Source of the DNA: Deltaproteobacteria bacterium
Lineage (GTDB): Bacteria; Desulfobacterota; Binatia; UBA9968
Direction of reading: 5' to 3'
Assembly (NCBI GenBank): GCA_016874755.1
Contig: VGTH01000009.1
Coordinates: 4,933-68,932, forward strand
Length of the DNA stretch: 64,000 nt
Below the pieces are notes generated by a model. That model did not search any database and had not been told where the DNA came from. It saw only the letters and a list, made by a program, of their open reading frames with translations. The position numbers were made by a program, and so were the translations under genes. Position 1 is the stretch's first letter. Every line of letters starts with the position of its first letter. Shown here in pieces: positions 40,775 through 51,086 of this stretch.

Positions 40775-42202
40775 TCAATCTCCCATGCCTCTAACAAACT
40801 GCCTCATGCGCTCTGCCGGCGCCTGATCGTTGTATTGGCCATAGAGTCGTTGGCGCATCCGGTCCACTTCGCCGCTTTGCAAGCGCTCGTAGAGTTGGCT
40901 GCGCTTGCCGAACGGCGTCATCACCATGTCGGCGGCAACCGCCATCAAACGTAAATGTTCTTTCGTATCCTTCGCGCCACCGCGAAAATAGCGCTCGACG
41001 AACGGACCGATGTCTTTGTTAGATAAGTCCGAGGCACCGCCGCTCAGCATGAGCGTACTAGTTAACAAACCTTCCATCGTCCTCTCTGCCCGGTCGGAGG
41101 CTTCGATGCTGTGCACGCGGTAGGCCGCGCTCAGGGTCGGCGCCCAGGTGCCGCCCGCACTGCGATAGCCGGTCTCTTCGGCGACTTTCATGCAGCAGCG
41201 CAGGATTTCAATGTCCTGCATCAAGCTCGACAATAGGATCTGCGACGGCGCGGTCGTGTTGCGCTTGGCGATTTCCGTCAGCAACTGCGCGACACCGAGA
41301 AAAGCCTCGAGCTTGGTGATCAAGCGCAGCATCGTCGAGTACTGTCCCCAGGTGTGAATGTAGTTGATACCGGCCAAGAGCTTCGGATCTTTGTAAACGA
41401 AAATCCGCTCCCACGGCACGACGACATCGTCGAAAATCAACGCCGCATCGACCTCGTCGAAGCGTGTCGTTAGCGGTTGTCGCTCCGGGTCGGCGTGTTC
41501 GGCGTAGAGATCGCGGCAGAGGATCTTCAATCCCGGCGCATTCATCGGAATCGCAAAGGCTATCGCATAGTCTTGCTCGTTGGCTTCGCGCGGCCGGTTC
41601 GGGTAAACGATAACTTCGTCAGAGATCGGCGCCAGGGTTGCAAGCGTGCGCAGCCCACGCACCACCGCACCCTCTTTCTTCTCGCCGACGATATGTAATA
41701 TCAGGTCAGGATCTTCCTGCGCGCCCACCGGCTTGGTGCGGTCGTAGTATTGATCCGTAAGCGCGTGAGTCAGGCACAAGTCGTTGCGGCTGACATAGCG
41801 ATGGTAGGCACGAGCGTTCTCCGCCCACTGTTTGTTGGTCTTCTCGATAATAGTCGACCAGTCAAACAAACCAACGATTAGCTCAGCAACGAATTCGGGG
41901 TAGCGCCCCATCTGGCCAAACGTCGCCTTCGCCCAATATTCGATGTTGCGCCGCTTTAGTAAAAGCTCCTCGGCGTTCTTCGGCGGCAAGTAGCTGTACG
42001 AAATCCGTTCGCCTTCGTGATCCAGCGTCATGATATCGCGGCTTTTTGGATCGTGTTGTTGATCGTACAAGTCAGCCAGCGTTTTGATCGTGCCGGTAAA
42101 GCCCGAATGCGTCGTCACGTCTAAAATACGCTTACCGGCGTACCAGACCTCACGGCCGTCGCGCAGCCCTTTGATGTAATCTGCCCCTTTTCTTAGTGCC
42201 AT
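40775..42202 (-). CDS. 4-hydroxyphenylacetate 3-hydroxylase family (HpaB-like) protein
   Basis: YIKGLRDGREVW, GQMGRYPE, GLKILCR, RFDEVDA..IFDDVVVPWERIF. Confidence 0.88.
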   Translation of the reverse strand: MALRKGADYIKGLRDGREVWYAGKRILDVTTHSGFTGTIKTLADLYDQQHDPKSRDIMTLDHEGERISYSYLPPKNAEELLLKRRNIEYWAKATFGQMGRYPEFVAELIVGLFDWSTIIEKTNKQWAENARAYHRYVSRNDLCLTHALTDQYYDRTKPVGAQEDPDLILHIVGEKKEGAVVRGLRTLATLAPISDEVIVYPNRPREANEQDYAIAFAIPMNAPGLKILCRDLYAEHADPERQPLTTRFDEVDAALIFDDVVVPWERIFVYKDPKLLAGINYIHTWGQYSTMLRLITKLEAFLGVAQLLTEIAKRNTTAPSQILLSSLMQDIEILRCCMKVAEETGYRSAGGTWAPTLSAAYRVHSIEASDRAERTMEGLLTSTLMLSGGASDLSNKDIGPFVERYFRGGAKDTKEHLRLMAVAADMVMTPFGKRSQLYERLQSGEVDRMRQRLYGQYNDQAPAERMRQFVRGMGD

Positions 42203-42330
42203 TAAGACAGTCCCCCGAACAATTATGATTCCCCCCTTTGTAAAAGGGGGGGCAAGGGGGGATTTTCTTGCGCGCACAAACTACAAATCCCCCTCTACCC
42301 CCCCTTTTTCAAAGGGGGAAGTCAGATGCA

Positions 42331-43302
42331 TTACTTCTTCAGCGCATCCGCATTCACGACATTGATCGGATTCCCCGCAGCGAATGCGGCCAGTTCGTCG
42401 ATGATCGTCGTGTAGAAATTGTGATAGCCTTCCTCGGTGACGTAGCCGAGGTGCGGCGTGCAAACCACGTTGTCCATTTTGAGCAGCGCATGATTCGCCC
42501 CGACCACCGGCTCTTCCTCGTACACGTCAGTGGCGGCCAAGCCCGGCCGACCGCTCTTCAGCGCTTCGACCAATGCGCCGTCAGCCACCAATCCCATGCG
42601 GCTTGGGTTGACGAATAGTGCTGTCGGTTTCATGCGCTTCAAATCTGCTACTTTGACGATGCCGCGAGTGTCTTTGTTGAGCGGCAGGTGCAAACTGATC
42701 ACGTCGCACTCGGAGAAAAACGCTTCGCGGCTGGCGGCAAATTCATAACCCGCCTCCGCGGCCCGCTTTTTGGTGGTCTCGCGCCCCCAGCAGACTACGC
42801 GCATGCCGAAGGCTTTGCCAACGGCGGCGACAATGCCACCGATTTTGCCAAGCGCGTAGATTCCCAACGTCTTGTCCCTCACTTCCACGCCGACGGTTGA
42901 CTGCCATTTCCCTTCGCGGAGCTGCTTGACCTCGAACGGCAACTTGCGCAGCGAGCACAGAATTAGGCCCCAGGTTAACTCGGCAGTCGAATTCGACCGC
43001 CCCGAGCCGGCAGCACAGACGGCAACGCCCCTTTCGCTACAGGCAGCAACATCGATGTGTGCGGTGCCGGAGCCGGTCTGGCAAATCACTTTCAAATTAG
43101 GCAGCCGCTCGATGACCGCGCGCGGGAAACTCGAGCGCTGTTGCGTCAGAACGAGGGCGTTGGCGTCTTTCAGCCGGTCAGCTAAACGCGCCGGATCTTT
43201 CTCCGTATCGGTGAACGCAACGATCTCATGCCCTGCAAGCTTTGCCACGGCTTTCTGCTTGCGAAACGCGTCTTGATAATCGTCGAGGATAGCTATTTTC
43301 AT
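42331..43302 (-). CDS. D-2-hydroxyacid dehydrogenase family protein
   Basis: IAILDDYQ, TAELTWGL, LGKIG, DVYEEEP, TPHLGYVT. Confidence 0.9.
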   Translation of the reverse strand: MKIAILDDYQDAFRKQKAVAKLAGHEIVAFTDTEKDPARLADRLKDANALVLTQQRSSFPRAVIERLPNLKVICQTGSGTAHIDVAACSERGVAVCAAGSGRSNSTAELTWGLILCSLRKLPFEVKQLREGKWQSTVGVEVRDKTLGIYALGKIGGIVAAVGKAFGMRVVCWGRETTKKRAAEAGYEFAASREAFFSECDVISLHLPLNKDTRGIVKVADLKRMKPTALFVNPSRMGLVADGALVEALKSGRPGLAATDVYEEEPVVGANHALLKMDNVVCTPHLGYVTEEGYHNFYTTIIDELAAFAAGNPINVVNADALKK

Positions 43303-43531
43303 AATCTCTTCTGCCTTTCTGTTGACGTAGAGTTAGCGCCGTTGACTCGCTCACCACCGTGTGGCGAAACAATCTTGAACCGAGTGAGAACTTGAAACCC
43401 GAAACGCGAAACCCGGAACTGTTTCTTACTGGCATTCACGCGCCGCTGTCAACCAATGCCGCCCGCCTTGACAGCCTTCGCACGAGTGCGTTACATCGCG
43501 ATACGTACATTGTTCGTGGACCGGAGAACCC

Positions 43532-44533
43532 ATGCGTAGATTTTCGTCTAGTTTACTCGCGCTGCTTGCCGTTGTCTTGCTCGACGTTGCCGCCCATGGC
43601 CAAGAGCGTTTCCGAGTCGCCTACGGTGGCTTCAACGAAACTGCGAGTTCGATGTGGATCGGGAGCGAGCGCGGCTTCTTCAAGAAATACGGCATCGATG
43701 CGCAGATGATCCAGGTGCGCAGCGGCGCTTTGAGCATCGCGACCACTGTCGCGAAAGAAGTCGAAGCGGTCTGGGCTGCGCAGTCAACCATCCTCAGCAC
43801 CGTCTCGGGTGGCATCAAGATGACTTGTGTCGCCGGTCCCGTCAATAAAATTCCCCGCAATCTCATGGTCCGCAAAGAAGTGCGCCATGCGGAAGATCTG
43901 CGCGGCAAAACCGTCGGCGTCCAAAGCATCGGCGGCGGCTTGTGGCTGCAGACGATGATCATTCTCGATCATCTGGGCGTCGATCCCGATAAGTATGGCA
44001 TCAAGGTGCGCATCATCGGCGACGAAGCGACCATGGCCCAAGCGATGATAACCAACAATATTGACTTCGGCGTGATCACCTACGGCCTGAGCGAAACGCT
44101 GTACCCGCAGGGTTTCAAATCGTTGATCGATGCCGCTGAAATCACCGCACCTTACCAGGGGCCGGAGATCTGCGGGCTGAAGGAATCGGTCACCAGCCGC
44201 AACGACTTCTATCAACGCGTCACGCGCGCGCTTGCCGAGTCGGTCGCCTACATCCTCGACGATAACAACAAGGCGGACGTGACCAGGGTCGTGGCCAAGA
44301 ATCTGCGATTGAACAAGCCCGAGGTCATCGAAGGGTCGTACCGAGTGCTGCGCAAAATGACCACGCTGGACATGGCGCCCAACGCCGCAGCGTTCAAGTC
44401 GGTGCAGCGCATTTTGGCGCGCATCAACCCGAAGATCACCCAGGTCGATCTCAATGAGGTGATCGACACGAGCTTTGTGCGCAACCTGGAGTCGACAGGC
44501 TTTCTCCCCGAGCTGAGGAAAAAACTGAAATAG
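43532..44533 (+). CDS. NMT1/SsuA-type ABC substrate-binding protein (orphan)
   Basis: Signal peptide, GFFKKYGI, DLRGKTVGV, IDTSFV. Confidence 0.85.
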   Translation: MRRFSSSLLALLAVVLLDVAAHGQERFRVAYGGFNETASSMWIGSERGFFKKYGIDAQMIQVRSGALSIATTVAKEVEAVWAAQSTILSTVSGGIKMTCVAGPVNKIPRNLMVRKEVRHAEDLRGKTVGVQSIGGGLWLQTMIILDHLGVDPDKYGIKVRIIGDEATMAQAMITNNIDFGVITYGLSETLYPQGFKSLIDAAEITAPYQGPEICGLKESVTSRNDFYQRVTRALAESVAYILDDNNKADVTRVVAKNLRLNKPEVIEGSYRVLRKMTTLDMAPNAAAFKSVQRILARINPKITQVDLNEVIDTSFVRNLESTGFLPELRKKLK

Positions 44534-44602
44534 CGAAAATGATCCGACCGATCGGCCGGATCGATAGGATCCGTCAGATCTCGTTAACAAACCGGAGGAC
44601 CA

Positions 44603-45142
44603 ATGGGCCAACTACCAAGCCTGACGCGCGAGCAACTCTCGTCGGAAAACCAAAAACTCTGGGACGGCATTTACTCCGGGCGCACGCCTGGCGGCGGCCC
44701 CTACGCGGTGCTGATGCACTCGCCGCAGATGGCTGCGCATTTCTCGGCTGTTGAAGACCATTTCCGCAATCACGGCAAGCTCGACCCGGTCGACAAAGAG
44801 CTGATCATTCTCGCCATCGCGCGGGCCATGAACGTGCGCTACCCGTGGAGCCGCCATGAGATTCGCGCCAAGCAAGTCGGCATGCGCCCGGAAGCGCTGG
44901 AGACTTTGCGCGCCAACACGCATCTCGATGCCTTGAACGCGCACGAGCGCCTGGTGGTTGAAATGACCCGCACTCTTTTACATGAGCGCAAGATGCCCGA
45001 TGAGATGTTCGCCCGCGTGCAAAAAGAGCTCGGCAATGAGCGCTTGGTCGAAGCCGTCGGTTTGGTCGCTCACTACAATTTTATCTCGATGGTCGCGCGC
45101 ACGTTCGACCTGGACGCGCCGCCGGGGACGGTGACTTTCTAA
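44603..45142 (+). CDS. Carboxymuconolactone decarboxylase-like protein
   Basis: GPY..LMHSP, ELIILAIAR...YPW..H, LVAHYN. Confidence 0.8.
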   Translation: MGQLPSLTREQLSSENQKLWDGIYSGRTPGGGPYAVLMHSPQMAAHFSAVEDHFRNHGKLDPVDKELIILAIARAMNVRYPWSRHEIRAKQVGMRPEALETLRANTHLDALNAHERLVVEMTRTLLHERKMPDEMFARVQKELGNERLVEAVGLVAHYNFISMVARTFDLDAPPGTVTF

Positions 45143-45249
45143 GCAGGTGAGAATGGGAGCCGTTCATATCGTCAGGGCGGGCGCGATGAATCGCGCCCCT
45201 ACTCCGAACTTTGCGTTCTTTGCGCGAGAAATTCCGGAGCGCTTCCTTC

Positions 45250-46935
45250 TCAGCAGCTCCGCAGCACCTGCCCCGCAAAACTCCCCGTGTGCGTGCCGTT
45301 TTGCATCATCAGCTTGCCGTTGACGATCGTCCAGTGAACGCCTTTGGCGTGTTGAATGAAACGCGGCGCACCTTCGGGGAGATCGTTCACACGCTCAGGT
45401 TTTTCTTGATCGATGGTCGCGGGATCGAAGACGAAGACATCAGCTGCCAGACCGGCGCGCAAGAGTCCCCGGTCGTGGAAGCCAAAGACCGACGCCGGCA
45501 TGAAAGTTAGTTTCTTAACCGCTTCTTCTAACGGCATAACACCGCGCTGGCGCACCCAATAGCTCAGCAAAAAGGTCGCGTAGCCAAAGCCCGGGTTACC
45601 GTTGGCGACATGGGCACCGGCATCGGACTGCCCGAGCAGCACATACGGACTGCAAAAGATCTCTCGCACGGCCTTCTCGTCCCCTTGGGTAACAGAATCT
45701 TCGAAGACAGTTTCGAGCTCTTCGCTCAGGGCAAGATCGAAGAGGGCATCGACATCTGACTTGCCCTGCAAATGGGCAATTTCGGCGATGCTTTTGCCTT
45801 GATAGTTCTGATTCCAACTGGTCTTATTGACGAACACTAAATCCCAGCGGCGCGAGAAGTTAAGCCGGAATTTGCGATCGCCGACCTCACCGGCAAGCCG
45901 CGCCCGCACGCCGGCATCGCGTAGCTGCGCTTTTCGCTCAGCCAGCGGCAGCAGCATCACGTTCTTCCAACTCGGCAGTGCATCGAAGCGATCGCCTTCT
46001 TTCAAATTCCAACGCCTGATCGCTAATCTCGTCGAAGTCATCGCATAGGCCGCCGCGCCGCGGCGCACCCGCTCTTCGACGTCGTCCAACTGTTTGCGCC
46101 ACAAATCAGGATCGCTCCAGCGATGGCGGATGCTTTCGCCGATCAATGGCCTGCCGCTTTCTCCAGGAATCGCGTCGTACCAACTCTTGAGCTGAGCAAC
46201 ATGCTCCGGCGTCGCAAACGCGCCGTGGGTAAGCTGCACGACGCCGCGATGGCTCTCGCCGAGTGCGCGGCTCAGCTGCGCGATCTCATTTAAATCCGCG
46301 AAGCGGCTCGCCACCGGTTTACCGTCTTCACGATAGTGGGTTTGATTGGAATTGGTCGAGAAGCCGAACGCACCGGCCTTCATACCGTCGCGTACAAGCT
46401 GCGCCATTTGGTCAATCTCGCCCTCGTTCGCAACCCGTTCGACGGCGGCTTCACCCATGACGTACTGGCGCACCGCGCAGTGACCCACCAATGTTGCGAC
46501 GTTGACTGCCAGCGGTCGCCGCTCCAAAGCGTTCAGATATTCACCATGGGTCGTCCACTCCCACGGAATGCCGGCTTGCAACGTGTGGCGCGGCATCGCT
46601 TCCACGCGCACGAAAGTACCGATGAGCGCATCGCGCCCCTCAGGTTTGCAGGGCGCCAGCGTCAGGCCGCAGTTGCCGGTGACCACTGTGGTCACGCCAT
46701 GTTCGCTCGATGATGACGCGAGCGGGTCCCACATGAGCTGCGCGTCGAAGTGGGTGTGAAAATCGATCAATCCAGGCGCGACAGCAAGGCCGGAGACATC
46801 CAACACTTGCGCTGCCGATTCGTTGACTCGGCCGATCGCCGCAATGCGGCCGTCCTTGATTGCCACGTCGCCAACGAACGACGGCATGCCGGAGCCATCG
46901 TAAATTCGCCCGTTCCTCAAAATTAGATCATGCAT
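45250..46935 (-). CDS. N-acyl-D-amino-acid deacylase family amidohydrolase
   Basis: APGLIDFHTHFD, GVTTVVTGNCG, SDAGAH. Confidence 0.9.
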   Translation of the reverse strand: MHDLILRNGRIYDGSGMPSFVGDVAIKDGRIAAIGRVNESAAQVLDVSGLAVAPGLIDFHTHFDAQLMWDPLASSSSEHGVTTVVTGNCGLTLAPCKPEGRDALIGTFVRVEAMPRHTLQAGIPWEWTTHGEYLNALERRPLAVNVATLVGHCAVRQYVMGEAAVERVANEGEIDQMAQLVRDGMKAGAFGFSTNSNQTHYREDGKPVASRFADLNEIAQLSRALGESHRGVVQLTHGAFATPEHVAQLKSWYDAIPGESGRPLIGESIRHRWSDPDLWRKQLDDVEERVRRGAAAYAMTSTRLAIRRWNLKEGDRFDALPSWKNVMLLPLAERKAQLRDAGVRARLAGEVGDRKFRLNFSRRWDLVFVNKTSWNQNYQGKSIAEIAHLQGKSDVDALFDLALSEELETVFEDSVTQGDEKAVREIFCSPYVLLGQSDAGAHVANGNPGFGYATFLLSYWVRQRGVMPLEEAVKKLTFMPASVFGFHDRGLLRAGLAADVFVFDPATIDQEKPERVNDLPEGAPRFIQHAKGVHWTIVNGKLMMQNGTHTGSFAGQVLRSC

Positions 46936-47229
46936 AGCGCCTCCGTGGAGGGATGATTGGAACCGGCGCAACTATAGTCCGACGCACGAAATCGCCGCAA
47001 GCGAATTATTTGCAAGGCTTCAATGTATCCATGAACATCGGATGGCTCGAATCCGTTTGCTCTTAAGGTTATACAAACAGAAAGAGCATCGAGCGGTACT
47101 TGCACCGATAGCGAAAGGCAATCCGAAGGAGAAAAAAACCAGAGTATTCGCGGGTTGGGAACTAACCCCGCCCTTTGGAAACCCCACTTCGAAGCGTGGG
47201 TGCATCGACAAGGTCAGGAGATGACCTTG

Positions 47230-49368
47230 CTAACGCATGGCAACGGCTTTCACTTGGTTGTAGTCAGTCCAGCCTTGCAAAACCTTCAAGACACCATCTT
47301 GCACCAATGTCGTCATGCCCTCGGCAAGCGCGAGCTTGTGCAACTCAGCCACCGTGGCGCGGCTGTGGATCCATTGCTTGACCCTTTCCGTGTTGATCAG
47401 GAGCTCGTGCAGTCCAATGCGACCACGGTAGCCGCTGTCGCGGCAGGCAGGACAGCCTTTGCCACGATATAAGAAAAAGCTCTCATCGTATGCGATCTCT
47501 AACTTAGCGAAGGCTTCTTCGCCGTAGCCGTAGATTAAGGCATCGTACTCATCCCGGGTCGGGTGATACTTTTCCCTGCAGCTCTCACAAATGCAGCGCG
47601 CCAGCCGTTGCGCCAGCACACCGAGCAGCGAATCGGCAAAATTAAACGGGTCAACGCCCATTTCCGGCAAGCGAGTCACCGTTTCCACGGAACTATTGGT
47701 GTGAAGCGTCGACAACACTAGATGCCCAGTGAGCGATGCCTCGATGGCCACATCGGCAGTTTCACGATCGCGGATCTCGCCGACCATAATAACGTCCGGG
47801 TCGGCGCGCAAAAACGCCCGCATGGCGGTGGCGAATGTGAAGCCGATTTTGGAATTCACCTGCACCTGGCGCAGCCCCGGCTGCGTCAACTCCACGGGAT
47901 CTTCCGCCGTCCAGATCTTACGATGGGTTTCGTTGATAGCACTCAGGGCTGAGTGCAGCGTCGTGGTTTTTCCCGAACCGGTGGGACCAACGCAGAGAAT
48001 CAATCCATAGGGCTTTGCCAAGATTGTGCGAAACTCACGGAGGTTGCGCGCGATCATGTGCAGTTCGTCGAGGGGCAGCGGTTTTTCCGCGGTGAGCAGC
48101 CGGAGCACAACGTCTTCGTTGCCTAAGCCGGCCGTGGGGATCGTCGCGACGCGCAGCTCGATGCTGCGGTCGCGCAGGCGGAATTTGATCTTGCCGTCCT
48201 GCGGCTTGCGCCGCTCGGCAATGTCGATGCCCGCCATGATCTTAAGCCGCGATACCAGGGCGCGACGATACGCGGACGGGACCCGCAGATATTCAAAACA
48301 ACGGCCGTCAACGCGGAAGCGGATCAACGTTTCAAGTTGCCCGCCCTGCGGCTCGATGTGAATGTCAGACACCCCCTGTTTTGAAGCCTCCGAGATGATC
48401 TGGTTCACCAACCTGACGACACCGCTGTCGTTTTCGTTGACCAGAACCTCTTCCTTAACCTCTTTCTGTTCATCCCAATCGGCTTCCTCCAGTTGACCCA
48501 AGATCGCGCTTAGGGACTCGACCCGTGCTTTGCTCTCCGCTGGCCCGTTGATTGAATTAATGTACCTCAAGATATCGTCGCGCAATCCAACTCGGCGCTC
48601 TATCTCTTTGCCTGGAAACAGGCGCTGGATGTCTTGAACCTTTGTGTGCGCATAGGGATCGTCAAGCAACACAACGACCGATTTGTCCGTCACCCGCAGC
48701 GGCACCCAGAAGTTGGCTTTGAGATAGCTCAGGTTGACACCGCGCAATTGCTCGCGGGCGACAGTCTGCTTCTCGTCAAACTCCATGAATGGACAGCGAT
48801 AGTACACGCTCAGCGCCACGCCGATTTCCTTGCGGCCGACGCGGTAGCGTTCCATGAGAATATTTTCCACCGGGACGGCCATGCGTTGCGCGTCTTTTTG
48901 AGCGGCATCAACCTCCGCTTGCTGCAAACGCCCAGCTATGACCAAAGCGTCGAACTTGCCGCGCGGCTGTTTCGCACCGTTGCCGTCGCTTTGTGATTGC
49001 TCATAAAGTGCCCGGATCAACGTGGCTTCATCGATCAAGCCCTTCTCCATCATCACCGCGCCGAGCTTTTTACGCGGGTTCTGTTTGCGCTGATGTTCGA
49101 GGGCGTCTTGAAGTTGTGCCGCGTTGATCAAGCCCAGGTGCGCCAACAGCTCGCCGAGGGGAATGCGCTTATGGTGCTTCATCAATACAGTGCCAAGTTG
49201 CTGCGTCGAAACGAAGCCCAGCGCGACGCAGACCTTGCCCAGTGGCATCGTCGGACATTCTTTCTTCTGTGCCTCGAGTCCGCGGGCCAGCTGTTCTTTG
49301 CTCAAGAATCCCTCACGAGCCAAGATTTCACCGATCTTAGGATTGCTTAATGGAATCGTCTGCAACAT
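47230..49368 (-). CDS. GspE/PilB family secretion ATPase with N-terminal MshEN-like repeats
   Basis: SDIHIEP, GPTGSGKTTT, AEDPVE, DPDVIMVGEIRD, STLHTN, tetracysteine motif; four LGxxLxxxG repeats. Confidence 0.9.
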   Translation of the reverse strand: MLQTIPLSNPKIGEILAREGFLSKEQLARGLEAQKKECPTMPLGKVCVALGFVSTQQLGTVLMKHHKRIPLGELLAHLGLINAAQLQDALEHQRKQNPRKKLGAVMMEKGLIDEATLIRALYEQSQSDGNGAKQPRGKFDALVIAGRLQQAEVDAAQKDAQRMAVPVENILMERYRVGRKEIGVALSVYYRCPFMEFDEKQTVAREQLRGVNLSYLKANFWVPLRVTDKSVVVLLDDPYAHTKVQDIQRLFPGKEIERRVGLRDDILRYINSINGPAESKARVESLSAILGQLEEADWDEQKEVKEEVLVNENDSGVVRLVNQIISEASKQGVSDIHIEPQGGQLETLIRFRVDGRCFEYLRVPSAYRRALVSRLKIMAGIDIAERRKPQDGKIKFRLRDRSIELRVATIPTAGLGNEDVVLRLLTAEKPLPLDELHMIARNLREFRTILAKPYGLILCVGPTGSGKTTTLHSALSAINETHRKIWTAEDPVELTQPGLRQVQVNSKIGFTFATAMRAFLRADPDVIMVGEIRDRETADVAIEASLTGHLVLSTLHTNSSVETVTRLPEMGVDPFNFADSLLGVLAQRLARCICESCREKYHPTRDEYDALIYGYGEEAFAKLEIAYDESFFLYRGKGCPACRDSGYRGRIGLHELLINTERVKQWIHSRATVAELHKLALAEGMTTLVQDGVLKVLQGWTDYNQVKAVAMR

Positions 49369-49537
49369 GATTGTTCTGGAAATGCTCGCGTGATCAGAGT
49401 TCTCTCAAATCATTTCATCGGTAACTGATGCCAAAAGCTTAGCATGGCGGCTTGGGGCTCCATGCTTTTCATGCGAGATGTTAACCACTGTCGAGACTTT
49501 GACAGAGGCTGCGATCAACAAACCTGAAAAGGATTTT

Positions 49538-50677
49538 ATGATTTCGATCATTCGGGTATTTGGGAATTTTCTCTGCGCGCTCGCAGTGCCGCTGTTGTTT
49601 GCTCCTGCGCTCGTATTCGGCGCCGAGTCACGTCCCGGTTGGCAAGCCGATTGGGACAAGACGGTGAAAGCCGCCGAAGAAGAAGGCGGCCTAAACATCT
49701 ATATGACCTCCGCCTTTGAGTCAGTCTTTCGTGAAGCTTTCCAAAAAAAATTCCCCAAGATCAAAGTCTCGACGGTCGTTGGCCGCGGCTTTCAGCTAGG
49801 GCAGCGTGTCATGAACGAACGGCGCGGCGACAAATACATTCCCGATCTCTGCATCACAGGCAACATCACGCCGCTGACGGTTTTCCACAAGGCAAAAATC
49901 CTGGAGCCGATCAAACCTTTGTTGGTTTGGCCCGAAGTTGTGAACGAATCGGTCTGGTACGACCGCAAGCACAACTACAACGACCCGGAGGGGCGCTACA
50001 TTTTTGTCTTCGAGGGCACGCCGCGCGCCGGCGACATCACTTTCAATACCAAAATGGTCAATGCCAACGAGATTCGCTCCTATTGGAATCTTCTCGACCC
50101 CAAGTGGAAAGGAAAGATCGTCACCATCGACCCGCTAGTTGCCGGGCCGATCAACACGCCGCAAATCTATTTTTATAAACACCCCGACCTCGGCCCGGAG
50201 TTTCTCCGCCGGCTCTACGCTGAAACCGACATGACCGTGGTCCGCTCCGACGACCAGTTGATCGACTGGCTCAGCACGGGTAGATACGCACTCGGGTTTG
50301 GCGCGCGCGACGTCGACAAGGCGATTTCCCAGGGGCTGCCGGTGAATCAGTTCGTTTCCAACCACATGAAAGAAGGCGCGTCGCTCGCCACCTACAACGG
50401 CACCTTGAGTTTCTTCAATCGCGCGCCTCACCCAAATGCCGCGAAGGTTGCGGTGAACTGGCTGTTATCCAAAGAAGGCCAGAGCATCTGGCTCGATCAC
50501 AACGCCCGAACTTTCGGCCAATATGACTCCCTGCGCGAAGACATTGCCAAGGACAAAGTCCTGGATTCGGCGAAGCGCGTCAAAGGCGGACGCTATCTGT
50601 GGATTAAGACCGAATGGATCGAAGAGTTGGACACGATACGCGAGTTAATCAAAAAGGCACTGCCGGCGAAGTCTTAG
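49538..50677 (+). CDS. Extracellular solute-binding protein (orphan)
   Basis: Signal peptide, LLDPKWKGKI, APHPNAAKVAVNWLLSKEGQ. Confidence 0.85.
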   Translation: MISIIRVFGNFLCALAVPLLFAPALVFGAESRPGWQADWDKTVKAAEEEGGLNIYMTSAFESVFREAFQKKFPKIKVSTVVGRGFQLGQRVMNERRGDKYIPDLCITGNITPLTVFHKAKILEPIKPLLVWPEVVNESVWYDRKHNYNDPEGRYIFVFEGTPRAGDITFNTKMVNANEIRSYWNLLDPKWKGKIVTIDPLVAGPINTPQIYFYKHPDLGPEFLRRLYAETDMTVVRSDDQLIDWLSTGRYALGFGARDVDKAISQGLPVNQFVSNHMKEGASLATYNGTLSFFNRAPHPNAAKVAVNWLLSKEGQSIWLDHNARTFGQYDSLREDIAKDKVLDSAKRVKGGRYLWIKTEWIEELDTIRELIKKALPAKS

Positions 50678-50937
50678 GCTGAACTGTTCATGCGACGGGG
50701 AAAACCCATGGCACTCTGTCGATCGAAGTGGACCTCTGGAGGAGCGAAGGCATCAGCGCGAATCGTTCGGTTTGATTCGCCGAGGCTTGGTATATCTTCG
50801 ACCTTTCCAACGCCATTCGCAGAGCCGGGCGACCGCCGGTCGCCCCTACAGGACGGCGTCGAAGCGGATATCTGTTGCCTTCGCTCCGGAAGAGTTTCAC
50901 TTCGATCGCGTCGCAGCGATGAGTAATCAGGGTTAGG
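50673..50937. mobile_element. 265-bp MITE (copy 2)
   Basis: Colinear with and highly similar to 40337-40601; TIRs more degenerate. Confidence 0.8.
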
Positions 50938-51086
50938 CTGCTAAAAACTTGCGACTGACTCGCGGCGAACGGATCGGAGATTGAAATCGTTGAAAACAAT
51001 CCATTCATCTGGCTTGTCGAAGCATTCTTATGAGTTTTGCATCGGCCTGCTGGACACGCGATATTTAGACTAGGCGAAGGAATAAT

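Noticed and set aside
40338..40778. Paralogous small ORFs here and at 50688-51095
   Set aside because: They are translations of the 265-bp MITE
47044..47200. c-di-GMP riboswitch or sRNA near the GspE gene (hairpin GCTCGA..TGCTCTT / AAGAGCA TCGAGC)
   Set aside because: No GEMM consensus and it lies downstream of the ATPase gene; hairpins alone are insufficient
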